This document shows, piece by piece, positions 1 to 9,753 of a stretch of 40,019 nt of DNA. The notes beneath the pieces were generated by a model. That model searched no databases. It was not told where the DNA came from and saw nothing but the letters and a program-made list of their open reading frames with translations. Both the position numbers and the translations under genes were made by a program. Source of the stretch: Armatimonadota bacterium (GTDB lineage Bacteria; Armatimonadota; Hebobacteria; CAIYQO01). Location of the stretch: NCBI GenBank assembly GCA_038248345.1, contig JBBRXO010000013.1, forward strand, positions 1 through 40,019, read 5' to 3'. Positions within the stretch are counted from its first letter, which is position 1; each line of letters opens with the position of its first letter.

Positions 1-686
1 AGAGCACGTACCTGCAATGATATCACTTTTGCATTATTTCGCCAATCGATTGCCCGTTCCTCTTTTTTTATCGCTGGTGCAAAGGTAACATTTTCTACAT
101 CCTGTGGGATATGCGGCGCAGTACCATCCATAATCGATGGCAAATATTGTAGCAACAACGGTGCGGCCATCACTGCCAATCGTTCGTAGAGTTCAGCGCC
201 GGTTTCGGTACCGTCAATATCAGTGTGCACGGTGGCAATAATATCACCAGCATCCATCTGTTTGGCCATCCACATCAAGGTAACACCCGTTTCCTGCTCG
301 CCGGCCCAAACTGCGCGCTGAACTGGTGCGGCCCCACGATACTGGGGCAAGAGCGAACCGTGGAGGTTAACGGTGCCCATCGGCGGCAACAAGCGTAAGG
401 AATCCGGTAAAAATTGTCCGTATGCTACCACGACGCTGACATCAGGAGCTAACATTTTCGCATGGGCGATAAACTCCAGCTCCCGACATGATTCTGGCTG
501 CAGTACCAGTAAATTGAGGCTCTCTGCTAATAACTTCAGGGGTGGGGGGGTGAGCTTTCCTCCTCTACCCGAAGGACGATCAGGCTGGGTAACAACGCCG
601 ACGATCTCGTAGCCAGCAGAGGATAATTGCTGTAACGCTGGCAACGCGAAGGTACTGGTACCGAAAAATAGAATACGTGCCGTCAT
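1..686 (-). CDS. fmt: methionyl-tRNA formyltransferase (3' end truncated by window edge)
   Basis: Not in the ORF track. Manual translation from ATG at 686 gives MTARILFFGTSTFALPAL...VVTQPDRPSGRG...; NLHGSLLPQYRGAAPVQ motif; ATGA overlap with the def stop. Confidence 0.95.
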   Translation of the reverse strand, partial: MTARILFFGTSTFALPALQQLSSAGYEIVGVVTQPDRPSGRGGKLTPPPLKLLAESLNLLVLQPESCRELEFIAHAKMLAPDVSVVVAYGQFLPDSLRLLPPMGTVNLHGSLLPQYRGAAPVQRAVWAGEQETGVTLMWMAKQMDAGDIIATVHTDIDGTETGAELYERLAVMAAPLLLQYLPSIMDGTAPHIPQDVENVTFAPAIKKEERAIDWRNNAKVISLQVRA

Positions 687-1252
687 ACAGATATCTTTTC
701 CTTTTCAATCTCCGCCTGTCTCTCAAAGACAGTCTTGGCATCCGCCAGGGTAGTGGGGCGCTCGATGGACTCACCGTTTTCATCTGTCTGCTCAGTCACC
801 CAGCGCAACGTGCTGGTGTCTACGCGGTCGATAAATAAGCGCCCATCCAGATGATCAACCTCATGCTGAATTGCCCGTGCCCATAAACCATCACCTGACA
901 AGGTTATCTTCTTCCCAAATCTGTTCAGCCCACGCACCGTCACAGTTTCAGCGCAGGTTACATCACCATGTAGACCTGGTAGGCTCAAGCAACCTTCGAC
1001 GCCAGTCTGCGAACCTTCCGCGTGGGTGATTTTCGGGTTGATAATCGTCTGCAATTTATCATCAGTATCCACGACGATAATACGCAAGGAAATCCCCACC
1101 TGCGGTGCAGCTAAACCAACACCACGGGATTCATACATTAACTCAGCCATATTGGCGAAAAATTCCTGTAACTCCGGGGTAACGCGATCAACGGTCACCG
1201 CTTTTTTTCTTAAAACCACAGCCGGGTATTTCACTATTTGCATTCTACTCAT
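683..1252 (-). CDS. def: peptide deformylase
   Basis: GVGLAAPQVG, EGCLS and QHEVDHLDG motifs; classic def-fmt pair. Confidence 0.97.
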   Translation of the reverse strand: MSRMQIVKYPAVVLRKKAVTVDRVTPELQEFFANMAELMYESRGVGLAAPQVGISLRIIVVDTDDKLQTIINPKITHAEGSQTGVEGCLSLPGLHGDVTCAETVTVRGLNRFGKKITLSGDGLWARAIQHEVDHLDGRLFIDRVDTSTLRWVTEQTDENGESIERPTTLADAKTVFERQAEIEKEKISV

Positions 1253-1295
1253 GTCTTTCTCTTTTCAGTCTATCGTTTGATTGTGACAAAACGAT

Positions 1296-1766
1296 TCAGA
1301 TTGTATTATTATTCCCCGCACGCGCGAAGAATATCATCACCAGTAAGTATAATGGCGCCATTATCAGGGCATTTATGCCGCCCATAGTAGCGGATGCCAG
1401 CAGTGTCGTTGTCAGATCTTCATGGGCGGCAACATTTATGATTACCGCCAGAAAAGCTGAGAAGAGCAAGGTGGTTAGCATCGCTACCAGCAAGTTATGT
1501 TTCGAGTACCGTAATGTAACAAGACCAGCCATGGCACCGCTGAGAGATCCGATAATAATATCATACACCAGATTCGAGCCAGACAATACCGAGAGGGATA
1601 ATCCGCCGAAAGCCCCAACCACCGCACCGGTAGCAGGCCCCGCCGCTAGCCCGGCTGCAACGCCAATCAACCACAAAGCCCCGGGTAATGCGGGCGTAAA
1701 ATTAGCCTGCACACCCGCCGCCAACCAGAGGGCTGTCCCCCAACCGAATATCTCTCCCCATCGCAT
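1296..1766 (-). CDS. small integral membrane protein, MreD-like
   Basis: 156 aa, about 5 hydrophobic segments with a Gly-spaced pattern resembling MreD; no mreBC nearby. Confidence 0.45.
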   Translation of the reverse strand: MRWGEIFGWGTALWLAAGVQANFTPALPGALWLIGVAAGLAAGPATGAVVGAFGGLSLSVLSGSNLVYDIIIGSLSGAMAGLVTLRYSKHNLLVAMLTTLLFSAFLAVIINVAAHEDLTTTLLASATMGGINALIMAPLYLLVMIFFARAGNNNTI

Positions 1767-1786
1767 TATTTAATAATAGCGGATAT

Positions 1787-2623
1787 TCACGATTTAGGCC
1801 ATAATTCCCAGCTATGATTGACCGGGCCGGGGCCATGTCCAGGCGACCAGCCAGCGCCAATTGCTTCCAGCAACCATTCAATAGACTCTTCCACCGCCGT
1901 CTCCATAGAGTATTTACGGGCGACTTTGGCGGCAATAGCGGCTGAAAGTGTACAACCAGTGCCATGGGTATCCGGGCAATCCATGCGCCCATGAGTGTAA
2001 CGGTAAACCGCGCCAGATGATTTCACCAGGGTATCGGTAATTAAGTCCTTGTCACTGTGCCCACCTTTTATCAATACGGCAACAGGGCCAGTCTTAAGCA
2101 ACTCACGTGCAGCATCTTCAGCATCAGTGACTTCGCTGATTCCCAGCAGCAACGCGGCCTCGGGAAGATTGGGAGTGATAAGCGCGGCAAGTGGGAATAG
2201 TTCTTCCACTAACGTGACACGCGCATCAACATCAAGTAGTAGTTTACCAGAAGACGAAACCAACACCGGATCGAGGATAACCGGGGGTAGGGGAGTTGAG
2301 AACCCGCGCAGGGCGGCGGCAACTGCCAGGATGCTATCACGATTAGCCAACATGCCAATTTTGATAGCGTGAAAGGAGATATCGCTCAACACCGCCTGTA
2401 GTTGTGCAGTCATCACATTATCTGGTAGCGGATAAACGGATTGCACTCCCAAAGTATTCTGTGCGGTAATGGCGGTAATAACTGATGCTCCATAAACATC
2501 CATGGCAAAAAATGTCTTCAGATCCGCCTGAATCCCCGCGCCACCGCAAGAGTCACTGCCGGCGATGGTGAGAGCGATGGGATATGGTGATGTTTTTTTT
2601 CTCACGATACTGATGTCCTTCAT
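1787..2623 (-). CDS. thiD: hydroxymethylpyrimidine/phosphomethylpyrimidine kinase
   Basis: LTIAGSDSCGGAGIQADLKTF, ITPNLPEA and THGTGCTLSAAIA motifs; true start may be GTG at 2605. Confidence 0.95.
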   Translation of the reverse strand: MKDISIVRKKTSPYPIALTIAGSDSCGGAGIQADLKTFFAMDVYGASVITAITAQNTLGVQSVYPLPDNVMTAQLQAVLSDISFHAIKIGMLANRDSILAVAAALRGFSTPLPPVILDPVLVSSSGKLLLDVDARVTLVEELFPLAALITPNLPEAALLLGISEVTDAEDAARELLKTGPVAVLIKGGHSDKDLITDTLVKSSGAVYRYTHGRMDCPDTHGTGCTLSAAIAAKVARKYSMETAVEESIEWLLEAIGAGWSPGHGPGPVNHSWELWPKS

Positions 2624-2751
2624 CTGACCACCGGTGGGGCAGGGAGGAGATTATAGACCGATGTTGCTGACCCTATCAGCAAAATCTTCGGCAATACCCT
2701 GGTTGATCTCCAAAAGAGACGAGGTGTCTGATAATATATCTTATGTCATAG

Positions 2752-3417
2752 TTAGCGCGCAACTAAGTCAAGTTCACCAGATAATACATCTAGCAATCCC
2801 ATTGGGGTATCAATGACGAAATCGGCACCGGCCTGTTGTAGCTCATCGATAGAACGCAACGACCAGCTCACCGCTACGGCTTTCATCCCCGCGGCATGGG
2901 CGGCGATCATGTCATCAGGATTGTCGCCAACGTAAAGCGCTTCCTCCGCTATGATATTTAATCGTGTACAAGCTGCCCAAATTGGATCCGGCGCTGGCTT
3001 AACCCGTGGCGCATCTTCTTCAGCGATGATACATTGAAAGAAATGTGCCATCCCCAGGTCGTCCACCGTATGCTGTGCATTGATTGCCTTTTTGCTGGTG
3101 ACTATGCCCAATTTGTATCCGGCAGCCACCAGCGATTCTAGTAGCTCGTTTACTCCAGCGAATTCTCGCAACATTTCGTCATGTAATTCGCTGTAGCGCC
3201 CACGATAGAAAGCTGCCGCCGCATCCAGGTCGATTGGCGGGTACAGAATACGCAGTTGTTCGCGCAGAATCAAGCCCCAGGCCCCCATAACTTCATCATG
3301 TGCCCACACACGTCCACTGGCGCGCTCCAAAGTCTCTGCCAGCGTCCGCTGGATAATCTCGTTGGTGTCGGCTATCGTTCCGTCCAAATCAAACAATACG
3401 GCTTTATATCTCATCAT
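2752..3417 (-). CDS. HAD-IA family hydrolase (PpaX/Gph-like)
   Basis: FDLDGT, VTSK, KPAPDP and YVGDNPDD motifs. Confidence 0.9.
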   Translation of the reverse strand: MMRYKAVLFDLDGTIADTNEIIQRTLAETLERASGRVWAHDEVMGAWGLILREQLRILYPPIDLDAAAAFYRGRYSELHDEMLREFAGVNELLESLVAAGYKLGIVTSKKAINAQHTVDDLGMAHFFQCIIAEEDAPRVKPAPDPIWAACTRLNIIAEEALYVGDNPDDMIAAHAAGMKAVAVSWSLRSIDELQQAGADFVIDTPMGLLDVLSGELDLVAR

Positions 3418-4193
3418 TACTCCGGTTTGTGTGCCACATAGAATATCCGCTCCGAGCGAATACCAGCGGGTAAAAACGAATATGCATCATACGCTTCCAC
3501 GCCGGTAAAACCGGCGTCCGCAAGGAATGCCAGCACGTCGCTATGCCGATGTGCGCGTTCCTTATGCACTTCGCGGAAACAACGGCCATCGGACAGATAA
3601 TATTCCATCTCTACTGTGGCCATGCGGGTGCGCATATTATAAGTTGCTGTCCAAAGGTGCTTTACCTTCGCAGCTTCATCCCAGAAATTATCCTGGGAAA
3701 ACAGGTTTTTCTCCAGTGCATACTCACTATTCAGATCGAAGATAAAACCGCCGCCGGGCTTCAGTGCAGCCATTACCCCAGCAAAGAGTTTTTGCACGCC
3801 CTGAGATGTTAATACATAATTAACGCTATCAAATAAACATATCGCCAGATCGAAGTCCCGCTTTGCCAGCGCTAATTGCGTGGCATCCTGGCAGAGAAAG
3901 CTCACCTCCCCTACCCTTTTCTGTGCAGCTTTCTGTTGGGCAATCTCAATCATACGCGGGGCAATATCCACCCCCAGCACACTGAACCCCTGCTCTGCCA
4001 GCAGCAATGCTATTGTTCCAGTGCCAGTTGCCACATCGAGGATATCTTTCGCATTCGCCCACCCGTGCTGCTTCATGATGCGCTTCAGATAACGTACCCA
4101 ATCAGCATAAGGTACTACCGACATGATCTCATCATAATATGGCGCAACGGCGTCAAACTGCTCAGCAAGTAAGGTAGTGGATGATTTTAACAT
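3417..4193 (-). CDS. class I SAM-dependent methyltransferase
   Basis: ILDVATGTG, GVDI and LKPGGGFIFD motifs. Confidence 0.9.
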   Translation of the reverse strand: MLKSSTTLLAEQFDAVAPYYDEIMSVVPYADWVRYLKRIMKQHGWANAKDILDVATGTGTIALLLAEQGFSVLGVDIAPRMIEIAQQKAAQKRVGEVSFLCQDATQLALAKRDFDLAICLFDSVNYVLTSQGVQKLFAGVMAALKPGGGFIFDLNSEYALEKNLFSQDNFWDEAAKVKHLWTATYNMRTRMATVEMEYYLSDGRCFREVHKERAHRHSDVLAFLADAGFTGVEAYDAYSFLPAGIRSERIFYVAHKPE

Positions 4194-4194
4194 A

Positions 4195-4956
4195 TCACAA
4201 GCCTAACGAGGGCTTGATTCCGATGATATCCCCACTAACCGTGGCAAATCCTTCGGTCGTATCAACTTTGATATTATCCGACCTGATTGGCAAGGTAGTC
4301 AGGTCAATGACCGGATTGATATTATTGAGCAAGTCGGCAACAATCGGAAAAACCGCATTCTTCTTACCATTCACGGTCATATTCGCCGTATCAACGCGGA
4401 AATCTATCTTTCCCGTCTCAGTCGCCGGGACTAATTTTCCCGGTGCTACCAGCACCAGTTTCTGATTAAAAGGCATGGGGATATCTCCCTGCACGGATGT
4501 AACTCCATCTTTGCCAAAGGTCACTTTGAGGGCGCTCAGCGACACTCGCATAGCGCTAAAGGAGAAACCGCGCGCGCGGATCATCTCGGTAACTACAGTA
4601 TCAGCAATTTTAACCTTGAAATTCTTCCCTTTGGCATCTACCAGCCGAAATGGTGGGCCAGAAACATCGATATCAGTAAATTGCACATCCGTCTCCGCCA
4701 GCTGCAGACCATTCTTCAGAATCAGGTCTTTGCCGGAGATATTCAGCTCATCGATACGGGCACTCTTCCAGCCGGTAAGATGCATCGGCAACGGTTCTGG
4801 AGTAATCAGCAACTTCTCCGGGTTATTAAACAGATTACTCGCCTGTCCGCGTACCTGCGCTTTAATGATATTGGTAGCATTCGCCTGCCACCACCAGAAT
4901 CCGGCGCCACCGATAACAGCTAGAACAATTATCAATGCTAGTAGTTTTTTGAACAT
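4195..4956 (-). CDS. membrane-anchored protein, DUF2993/LmeA-like
   Basis: N-terminal TM anchor followed by a beta-rich region; family assigned by resemblance only. Confidence 0.5.
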   Translation of the reverse strand: MFKKLLALIIVLAVIGGAGFWWWQANATNIIKAQVRGQASNLFNNPEKLLITPEPLPMHLTGWKSARIDELNISGKDLILKNGLQLAETDVQFTDIDVSGPPFRLVDAKGKNFKVKIADTVVTEMIRARGFSFSAMRVSLSALKVTFGKDGVTSVQGDIPMPFNQKLVLVAPGKLVPATETGKIDFRVDTANMTVNGKKNAVFPIVADLLNNINPVIDLTTLPIRSDNIKVDTTEGFATVSGDIIGIKPSLGL

Positions 4957-4958
4957 AG

Positions 4959-6191
4959 TTATACTTCCATTTTCGCCGTCAGCACGACGATGCGGCGTTT
5001 CCCCGCGCGGATGAGCATATCCTCCTGCGGTGTTATCATCGCCTGCGGATCTGTTATCTTTTCTTCGCCAACATGCACCGCGCCCTGTTGGATTAGTCGT
5101 CGTGCTTCACCAGCGGAAGTAGTCATACCAGTTTCCAGCATCAATTTCGCCAGTGATATCGCTACGCCAAACTGCTCACTCGTTAACTCAATGCTTTCTG
5201 CAACCGCGCGGTAATCATCAATCGACTGTCCACGACCGCCGAAGGTACGGCGGAAGTTCTCTGATGCTAGTGTACCCGCTTCCACGTCATACATGCTGGC
5301 GACGATCTCGCGGGCCAGTTTATCTTTGGCATCACGCGGATTCATCCCCCCCTGCCCCATCGTCTTCACCATCTCGTCTACTTCACTCATGGGGATATCT
5401 GTGAGATATTCCATATACATAGCGATCAAGTTATCCGGCAAAGACATCACTTTGCCGTACATGTCATCCGGGGTATCCAGCACGGCAATGTAGTTACCCA
5501 GGCTCTTTGACATCTTCTTCACACCGTCTGTGCCAGGTATCAGCGGGCGGGTGATCACCACCTGCTCTGCCATATTATGTACGCGCTGCATCTCGCGGCC
5601 CACCAGCAAATTGAATTTTTGATCCGTTCCGCCGAATTCGATGTCTGCCTGCACTGCGAAACTGTCGTACCCCTGCATCAGTGGATAAAATAGCTCATGA
5701 ATACCGATGGGGGCCTGCGCGGCAAAACGCTTGGCGAAGTCATCGCGCTCCAGCATCTGCGCTACGGTGAACTTGCCCGCCAGCCGTATCATGTCTTCCG
5801 GTGTCAGCGTACCTAACCATTCACTATTGAAGCGAATCTCCGCCTTCTCCATATCCAGCACTTTACTCGCTTGCACCACGTAGGTCTCAGCATTTGCACG
5901 CACTTGTTCACGTGTCAACTGTGGCCGGGTGGCGGAGCGACCGCTGGGGTCACCGATCATTGCAGTAAAGTCGCCAATGATGAACACCACCTGGTGACCA
6001 AGCTCCTGCATGCGGCGCAAAGCGCGCAACTGTACACAATGCCCTAGCGTAAGGTCTGGCGCCGAGGGATCTGCGCCGAATTTCACGCGCAATGGGCGTC
6101 CCAGCTTCAACTTGGCGGTCAGCTCTTCTTCATTTATCAGGTCAATAACACCGCGCTTCATCTGCGCGATCTGTTCGGCAATTGAGAACAT
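4959..6191 (-). CDS. tyrS: tyrosine--tRNA ligase
   Basis: GADPSAPDLTLGH, YPLMQGYDS, GGTDQKFN and KMSKS motifs; C-terminal S4 domain. Confidence 0.97.
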   Translation of the reverse strand: MFSIAEQIAQMKRGVIDLINEEELTAKLKLGRPLRVKFGADPSAPDLTLGHCVQLRALRRMQELGHQVVFIIGDFTAMIGDPSGRSATRPQLTREQVRANAETYVVQASKVLDMEKAEIRFNSEWLGTLTPEDMIRLAGKFTVAQMLERDDFAKRFAAQAPIGIHELFYPLMQGYDSFAVQADIEFGGTDQKFNLLVGREMQRVHNMAEQVVITRPLIPGTDGVKKMSKSLGNYIAVLDTPDDMYGKVMSLPDNLIAMYMEYLTDIPMSEVDEMVKTMGQGGMNPRDAKDKLAREIVASMYDVEAGTLASENFRRTFGGRGQSIDDYRAVAESIELTSEQFGVAISLAKLMLETGMTTSAGEARRLIQQGAVHVGEEKITDPQAMITPQEDMLIRAGKRRIVVLTAKMEV

Positions 6192-6203
6192 GTAACTTCC
6201 TTT

Positions 6204-6803
6204 TTAGTTATGCTGTTGCGTGGCCAGAAACCAGCAGAAAAATGTCGAGAATACCACTGCGAATAGTGTCCGCATGGCGAAGGCCAGATCTATTTGCGCA
6301 AAAGTACCATGCATTACCACGACAGCCGTTACAATGAGCAACGATGCCAGTATCGGAATAGTGACACCAAGGGTCAGCGCTAATTTTATCGTCATCATAT
6401 TATACACCTTACCGCTGTTATGCCAGATGCGCCAACCGACAATGCCGCCAGCAAGAGCTGACACCAATGGATTGGGCGGAAAGATGAGCATAAATTTACT
6501 CTGACCGAGTAAGTATTCGGTAGAACCGACACTGAATATCGCGATAAGCAGCATGCCTATCACGGCATAAACAATCGCCTGGTTGCGTACAATGTTAATG
6601 TCTATCGCGACAGTTGGCATGGTCACTGCGGTGGAGGATGGGTGCAGGCATTCCTGGCAACGTATCCCCACCGGGCCAAAACGCATACAGTCCGGGCACA
6701 GCGGTTTTCCGCAACGGCCACAGCTGACATAGGTATTGCGATCAGGATGTCGATAGCACCCGGGTGCAGGCTTGTGATCTTTAGTTAATTCCACGGGGGC
6801 CAT
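6204..6803 (-). CDS. B-box-like zinc finger membrane protein
   Basis: CYRHP...CGRCGKPLCPDC...RCQEC followed by about 4 TM helices. Confidence 0.7.
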   Translation of the reverse strand: MAPVELTKDHKPAPGCYRHPDRNTYVSCGRCGKPLCPDCMRFGPVGIRCQECLHPSSTAVTMPTVAIDINIVRNQAIVYAVIGMLLIAIFSVGSTEYLLGQSKFMLIFPPNPLVSALAGGIVGWRIWHNSGKVYNMMTIKLALTLGVTIPILASLLIVTAVVVMHGTFAQIDLAFAMRTLFAVVFSTFFCWFLATQQHN

Positions 6804-6865
6804 AGATTTCCTCTGGCATCACCCCTTCCCGCTATGGGAAGGGAAAAGGGCTGGTGGTTTCTCCA

Positions 6866-7837
6866 CTATTCCTGGAATTGTCCAATACGCCGGAAGCGTG
6901 CGTAGCGGTGTTCCGCCAGTGCATCCGGCGAGAGCTTCTGCAATTTGTCCAGATTTCGTAATATGGAGGCTTTGATCAACTCCGCCGTTTCGTTGGGCTT
7001 GCGGTGTGCGCCCCCCACCGGTTCCGGGATCACTTCGTCAATGATGCCCATTTCCAGGTTATCCTGTGCGGTAATCTTTAGGGCCGCCGCTGCCTCGCTA
7101 CCGCGACTGCCATCGCGACCGAAGGTATCGAGGATCGCGGCGCATCCCTCCGGTGGGATGACCGAATAAACACTATGCTCTAGCATCGTCACATGATTGC
7201 CCACTGCAATACCCAATGCCCCCCCACTGCCACCTTCGCCAATAATAGTAACGATAATCGGTACTCGCATACGTGACATTAGTGCCATACAGGCGGCGAT
7301 AGCCTCGGAGATGCCGCGTTCCTCTGCCTCCAGCCGCGCCTCAGCCGCGGGGGTATCAATAAAGCAGATGATGGGTAGATTGCGTCGCTCCGCCAGTTCC
7401 ATCAGGCGCATCGCCTTGCGATATCCCTCTGGGCGCGCCGAGCCGAAGTTGCGGAACTGCCGTTCCTTTACATCCCGGCCCTTCTGGTGACCGATAATAA
7501 TCATGGAACGACCATCAATACGTCCGATACCACCGATAATTGCCGCATCATCACCGAAGCGACGGTCGCCGTGCAGCTCGATGAAATCGTCACAGATCAG
7601 GTTCAGGTAATCCGATGTATAGGGCCGGTTGGGATGCCGCGCCAATAGGGTGTTATCCCAGGCTGACAGATTAGAAAATATCTGTTCGCACAATTTTGCG
7701 TGCTTCTTTCGCATTGATTCGATCTTCTCGCTTCGATCAATCCCATGTGTTGCGGTGTATTCTTCGAGCTGAGTGATCTGTTCTTCAATTTCCTGCAATG
7801 GCTTCTCGAAAGGAAGCCAGCGACTGGTCGATATCAT
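6866..7837 (-). CDS. accA: acetyl-CoA carboxylase carboxyltransferase alpha subunit
   Basis: LPFEKP, ARHPNRP, ELHGDR and IGEGGSGGALGI motifs; start moved to ATG 7837, after the accD stop. Confidence 0.97.
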   Translation of the reverse strand: MISTSRWLPFEKPLQEIEEQITQLEEYTATHGIDRSEKIESMRKKHAKLCEQIFSNLSAWDNTLLARHPNRPYTSDYLNLICDDFIELHGDRRFGDDAAIIGGIGRIDGRSMIIIGHQKGRDVKERQFRNFGSARPEGYRKAMRLMELAERRNLPIICFIDTPAAEARLEAEERGISEAIAACMALMSRMRVPIIVTIIGEGGSGGALGIAVGNHVTMLEHSVYSVIPPEGCAAILDTFGRDGSRGSEAAAALKITAQDNLEMGIIDEVIPEPVGGAHRKPNETAELIKASILRNLDKLQKLSPDALAEHRYARFRRIGQFQE

Positions 7838-7844
7838 GATGAAA

Positions 7845-8726
7845 TTATTCCTTGTCTTCACTTCTGGCAGCTTCAGCCTCCGGCCGGGCGTCAGTCAGAT
7901 AGGTTATTAAGCGGGCCACGGTACTGCGCAGGTCGCGGCGATGCACCACCAGGTCGATCATGCCGTGATTCAACTGAAACTCCGAGGTATGCGTACCCGG
8001 CGGTAACTTTATCTTCAGGTTCTGTTCGATAACACGTGGCCCGGCAAAGCCAATGAGCGCACCCGGCTCGGCGACCAGTACATCTCCCAGCGAGGCGAAG
8101 CTGGCGAAAACGCCTGCCGTAGTCGGGTCAGTCAACACCACGATATATACCTGCCCCGCCGCTTTTAACTTTTCACACGCCGCAGCAGTTTTGGCCATCT
8201 GCATCAGCGAGATAATCCCCTCATGCATACGGGCGCCACCGCTGGCGCATACCAGCACTACTGGACGCTTCAGCTCCACGCCACGTTCCAATGCTCGGGT
8301 GACCTTCTCCCCTACAACCGAGCCCATGCTACCACCCATGAAGGAGAAACTGGCCACGCCCAGTACGGTGGGGATATTGTCTATCATCGTATCGCCATAG
8401 CGGAAGGCTTCGTTCTGGCCCGAGTTCTTCTGCCCTCGTATTAGTTTTTCACCGTAACCGGGGAAGTCCAACGGGTTGCACGGCTGCATCCCGGCATCTA
8501 TCTCGGCGAACTGGTTATCATCAACGAGCATCGCAATTCGGTCTGCCGCTGATAATGGGAAATGGTACTGACAATGTGTACACACCCGAAGATTGCGCTC
8601 CAGCTCTTTTCCATACAGCATGGTGCGGCATTTCGGGCATTTGTGCCACAAACCCACCGGAATAATATCTTCTGCCGCTGCGACTTTCGCAACATTAGAC
8701 TTTGATGACTTAGTCACTTCAGGCAT
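7845..8726 (-). CDS. accD: acetyl-CoA carboxylase carboxyltransferase beta subunit
   Basis: WHKCPKC...CTHC zinc ribbon; MGGSMGSVVGEK, SGGARMHEG and GFAGPRVIEQ motifs. Confidence 0.97.
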   Translation of the reverse strand: MPEVTKSSKSNVAKVAAAEDIIPVGLWHKCPKCRTMLYGKELERNLRVCTHCQYHFPLSAADRIAMLVDDNQFAEIDAGMQPCNPLDFPGYGEKLIRGQKNSGQNEAFRYGDTMIDNIPTVLGVASFSFMGGSMGSVVGEKVTRALERGVELKRPVVLVCASGGARMHEGIISLMQMAKTAAACEKLKAAGQVYIVVLTDPTTAGVFASFASLGDVLVAEPGALIGFAGPRVIEQNLKIKLPPGTHTSEFQLNHGMIDLVVHRRDLRSTVARLITYLTDARPEAEAARSEDKE

Positions 8727-8844
8727 AACCTGCACGTCCTCTTTCCATAAAACAATCTAAAACAGGACTGCGGAGCAAGCTCCGCACATTGGAATCCTAA
8801 CAGTTTTGCGTCTTTTTTACAACTATTGTAGCTAACCCGTTGAG

Positions 8845-9612
8845 CTACAGGATGATTTCTGCCACCGATTTCACCACCAGTGTCGGTCGGTAGGCAAAGC
8901 GCTCGATCTCTGTAATATCAGTAACGCCAGTAAGTACCAGGATGGTGTCCATGCCCGCTTCCATACCAGCGATTATATCGGTATCCATGCGATCACCCAC
9001 CATTATTGCGTTTTCCGAGTGTACACCGAGGTAATGCAGCGCGCTACGCATCATCAGCGGGTTCGGCTTACCAATAAAGTACGGTGCCACGCCGGAAGCC
9101 TCCTGAATTAGCTTTGCCAACGCGCCGCAAGCAGGGACGATTCCCTGCTCTGCTGGGCCGCTGGTGTCCGGGTTAGTTGCGATGAAACGTGCCCCACCCT
9201 TCACCAGCCTGATCGCCATGGTAATGCTCTCATAGCTATAATTGGTCGTCTCTCCCAGCACAAAATATTCCGGGTTATTGGCGGTTATTGTGTAGCCCGC
9301 CTGGTGCAATGCCTCGGTTAGCCCCGATTCCCCGATTACATAAGCCGTACTATTGGGCCGCTGGGTTGCCAGGAAATTTGCCGTCGCCATCGCCGAGGTA
9401 AACAGGTGCGTTTCCGGTATCTCCAACCCCTGCGCCGCCAATCGGTGCGCCAGATCGCGCGGGGTGAAGAACGGATTGTTGGTCAGTATCAGATAGGGCT
9501 TCCCTGCCGCCTCCAACCTGCCCAGAAACTCCTGCGCCCCTGGTATCGGCGTATTCCCTCGCACCAGCACCCCATCCATATCCAGCAAAAAAGCCTTCTC
9601 ATGTGTATTCAT
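8845..9612 (-). CDS. HAD-IIA family hydrolase (NagD-like)
   Basis: LDMDGVL, LTNN, IGKPN and [10 protein letters not shown] motifs; start at MNTHEK. Confidence 0.9.
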   Translation of the reverse strand: MNTHEKAFLLDMDGVLVRGNTPIPGAQEFLGRLEAAGKPYLILTNNPFFTPRDLAHRLAAQGLEIPETHLFTSAMATANFLATQRPNSTAYVIGESGLTEALHQAGYTITANNPEYFVLGETTNYSYESITMAIRLVKGGARFIATNPDTSGPAEQGIVPACGALAKLIQEASGVAPYFIGKPNPLMMRSALHYLGVHSENAIMVGDRMDTDIIAGMEAGMDTILVLTGVTDITEIERFAYRPTLVVKSVAEIIL

Positions 9613-9618
9613 GACCTT

Positions 9619-9648
9619 ATTGTCGGAGAAATGGCATTGTGCGGTCAA
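9619..9648 (-). promoter_or_regulatory. sigma70-type promoter for the nagD-like gene
   Basis: TTGACC-18-GACAAT, 6 nt before the ATG. Confidence 0.5.
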
Positions 9649-9753
9649 GTGGGTATTCGTAATGTTTCTCCTTGCGATCTCATGGAAACCTGCAAAAATG
9701 ACAGTGCCCCCCATTTTCCGCTACAATATACCTTCGGAGGGTCATGGAATATT

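Noticed and set aside
2624..2751. TPP riboswitch expected before thiD; GGAGA...GCCGAAG also recalls glycine/lysine riboswitches
   Set aside because: Core TPP motifs are absent, and the rest of the glycine (CTCTCAGG) or lysine consensus is missing
6192..6203. T-box leader for tyrS
   Set aside because: Only 12 bp separate tyrS from the upstream gene, so there is no room
9406..9753. N-terminal extension of prfA (475 aa) and of the nagD-like ORF (to 9714)
   Set aside because: The extensions overlap each other on opposite strands; homology and RBS/promoter point to starts at 9754 and 9612
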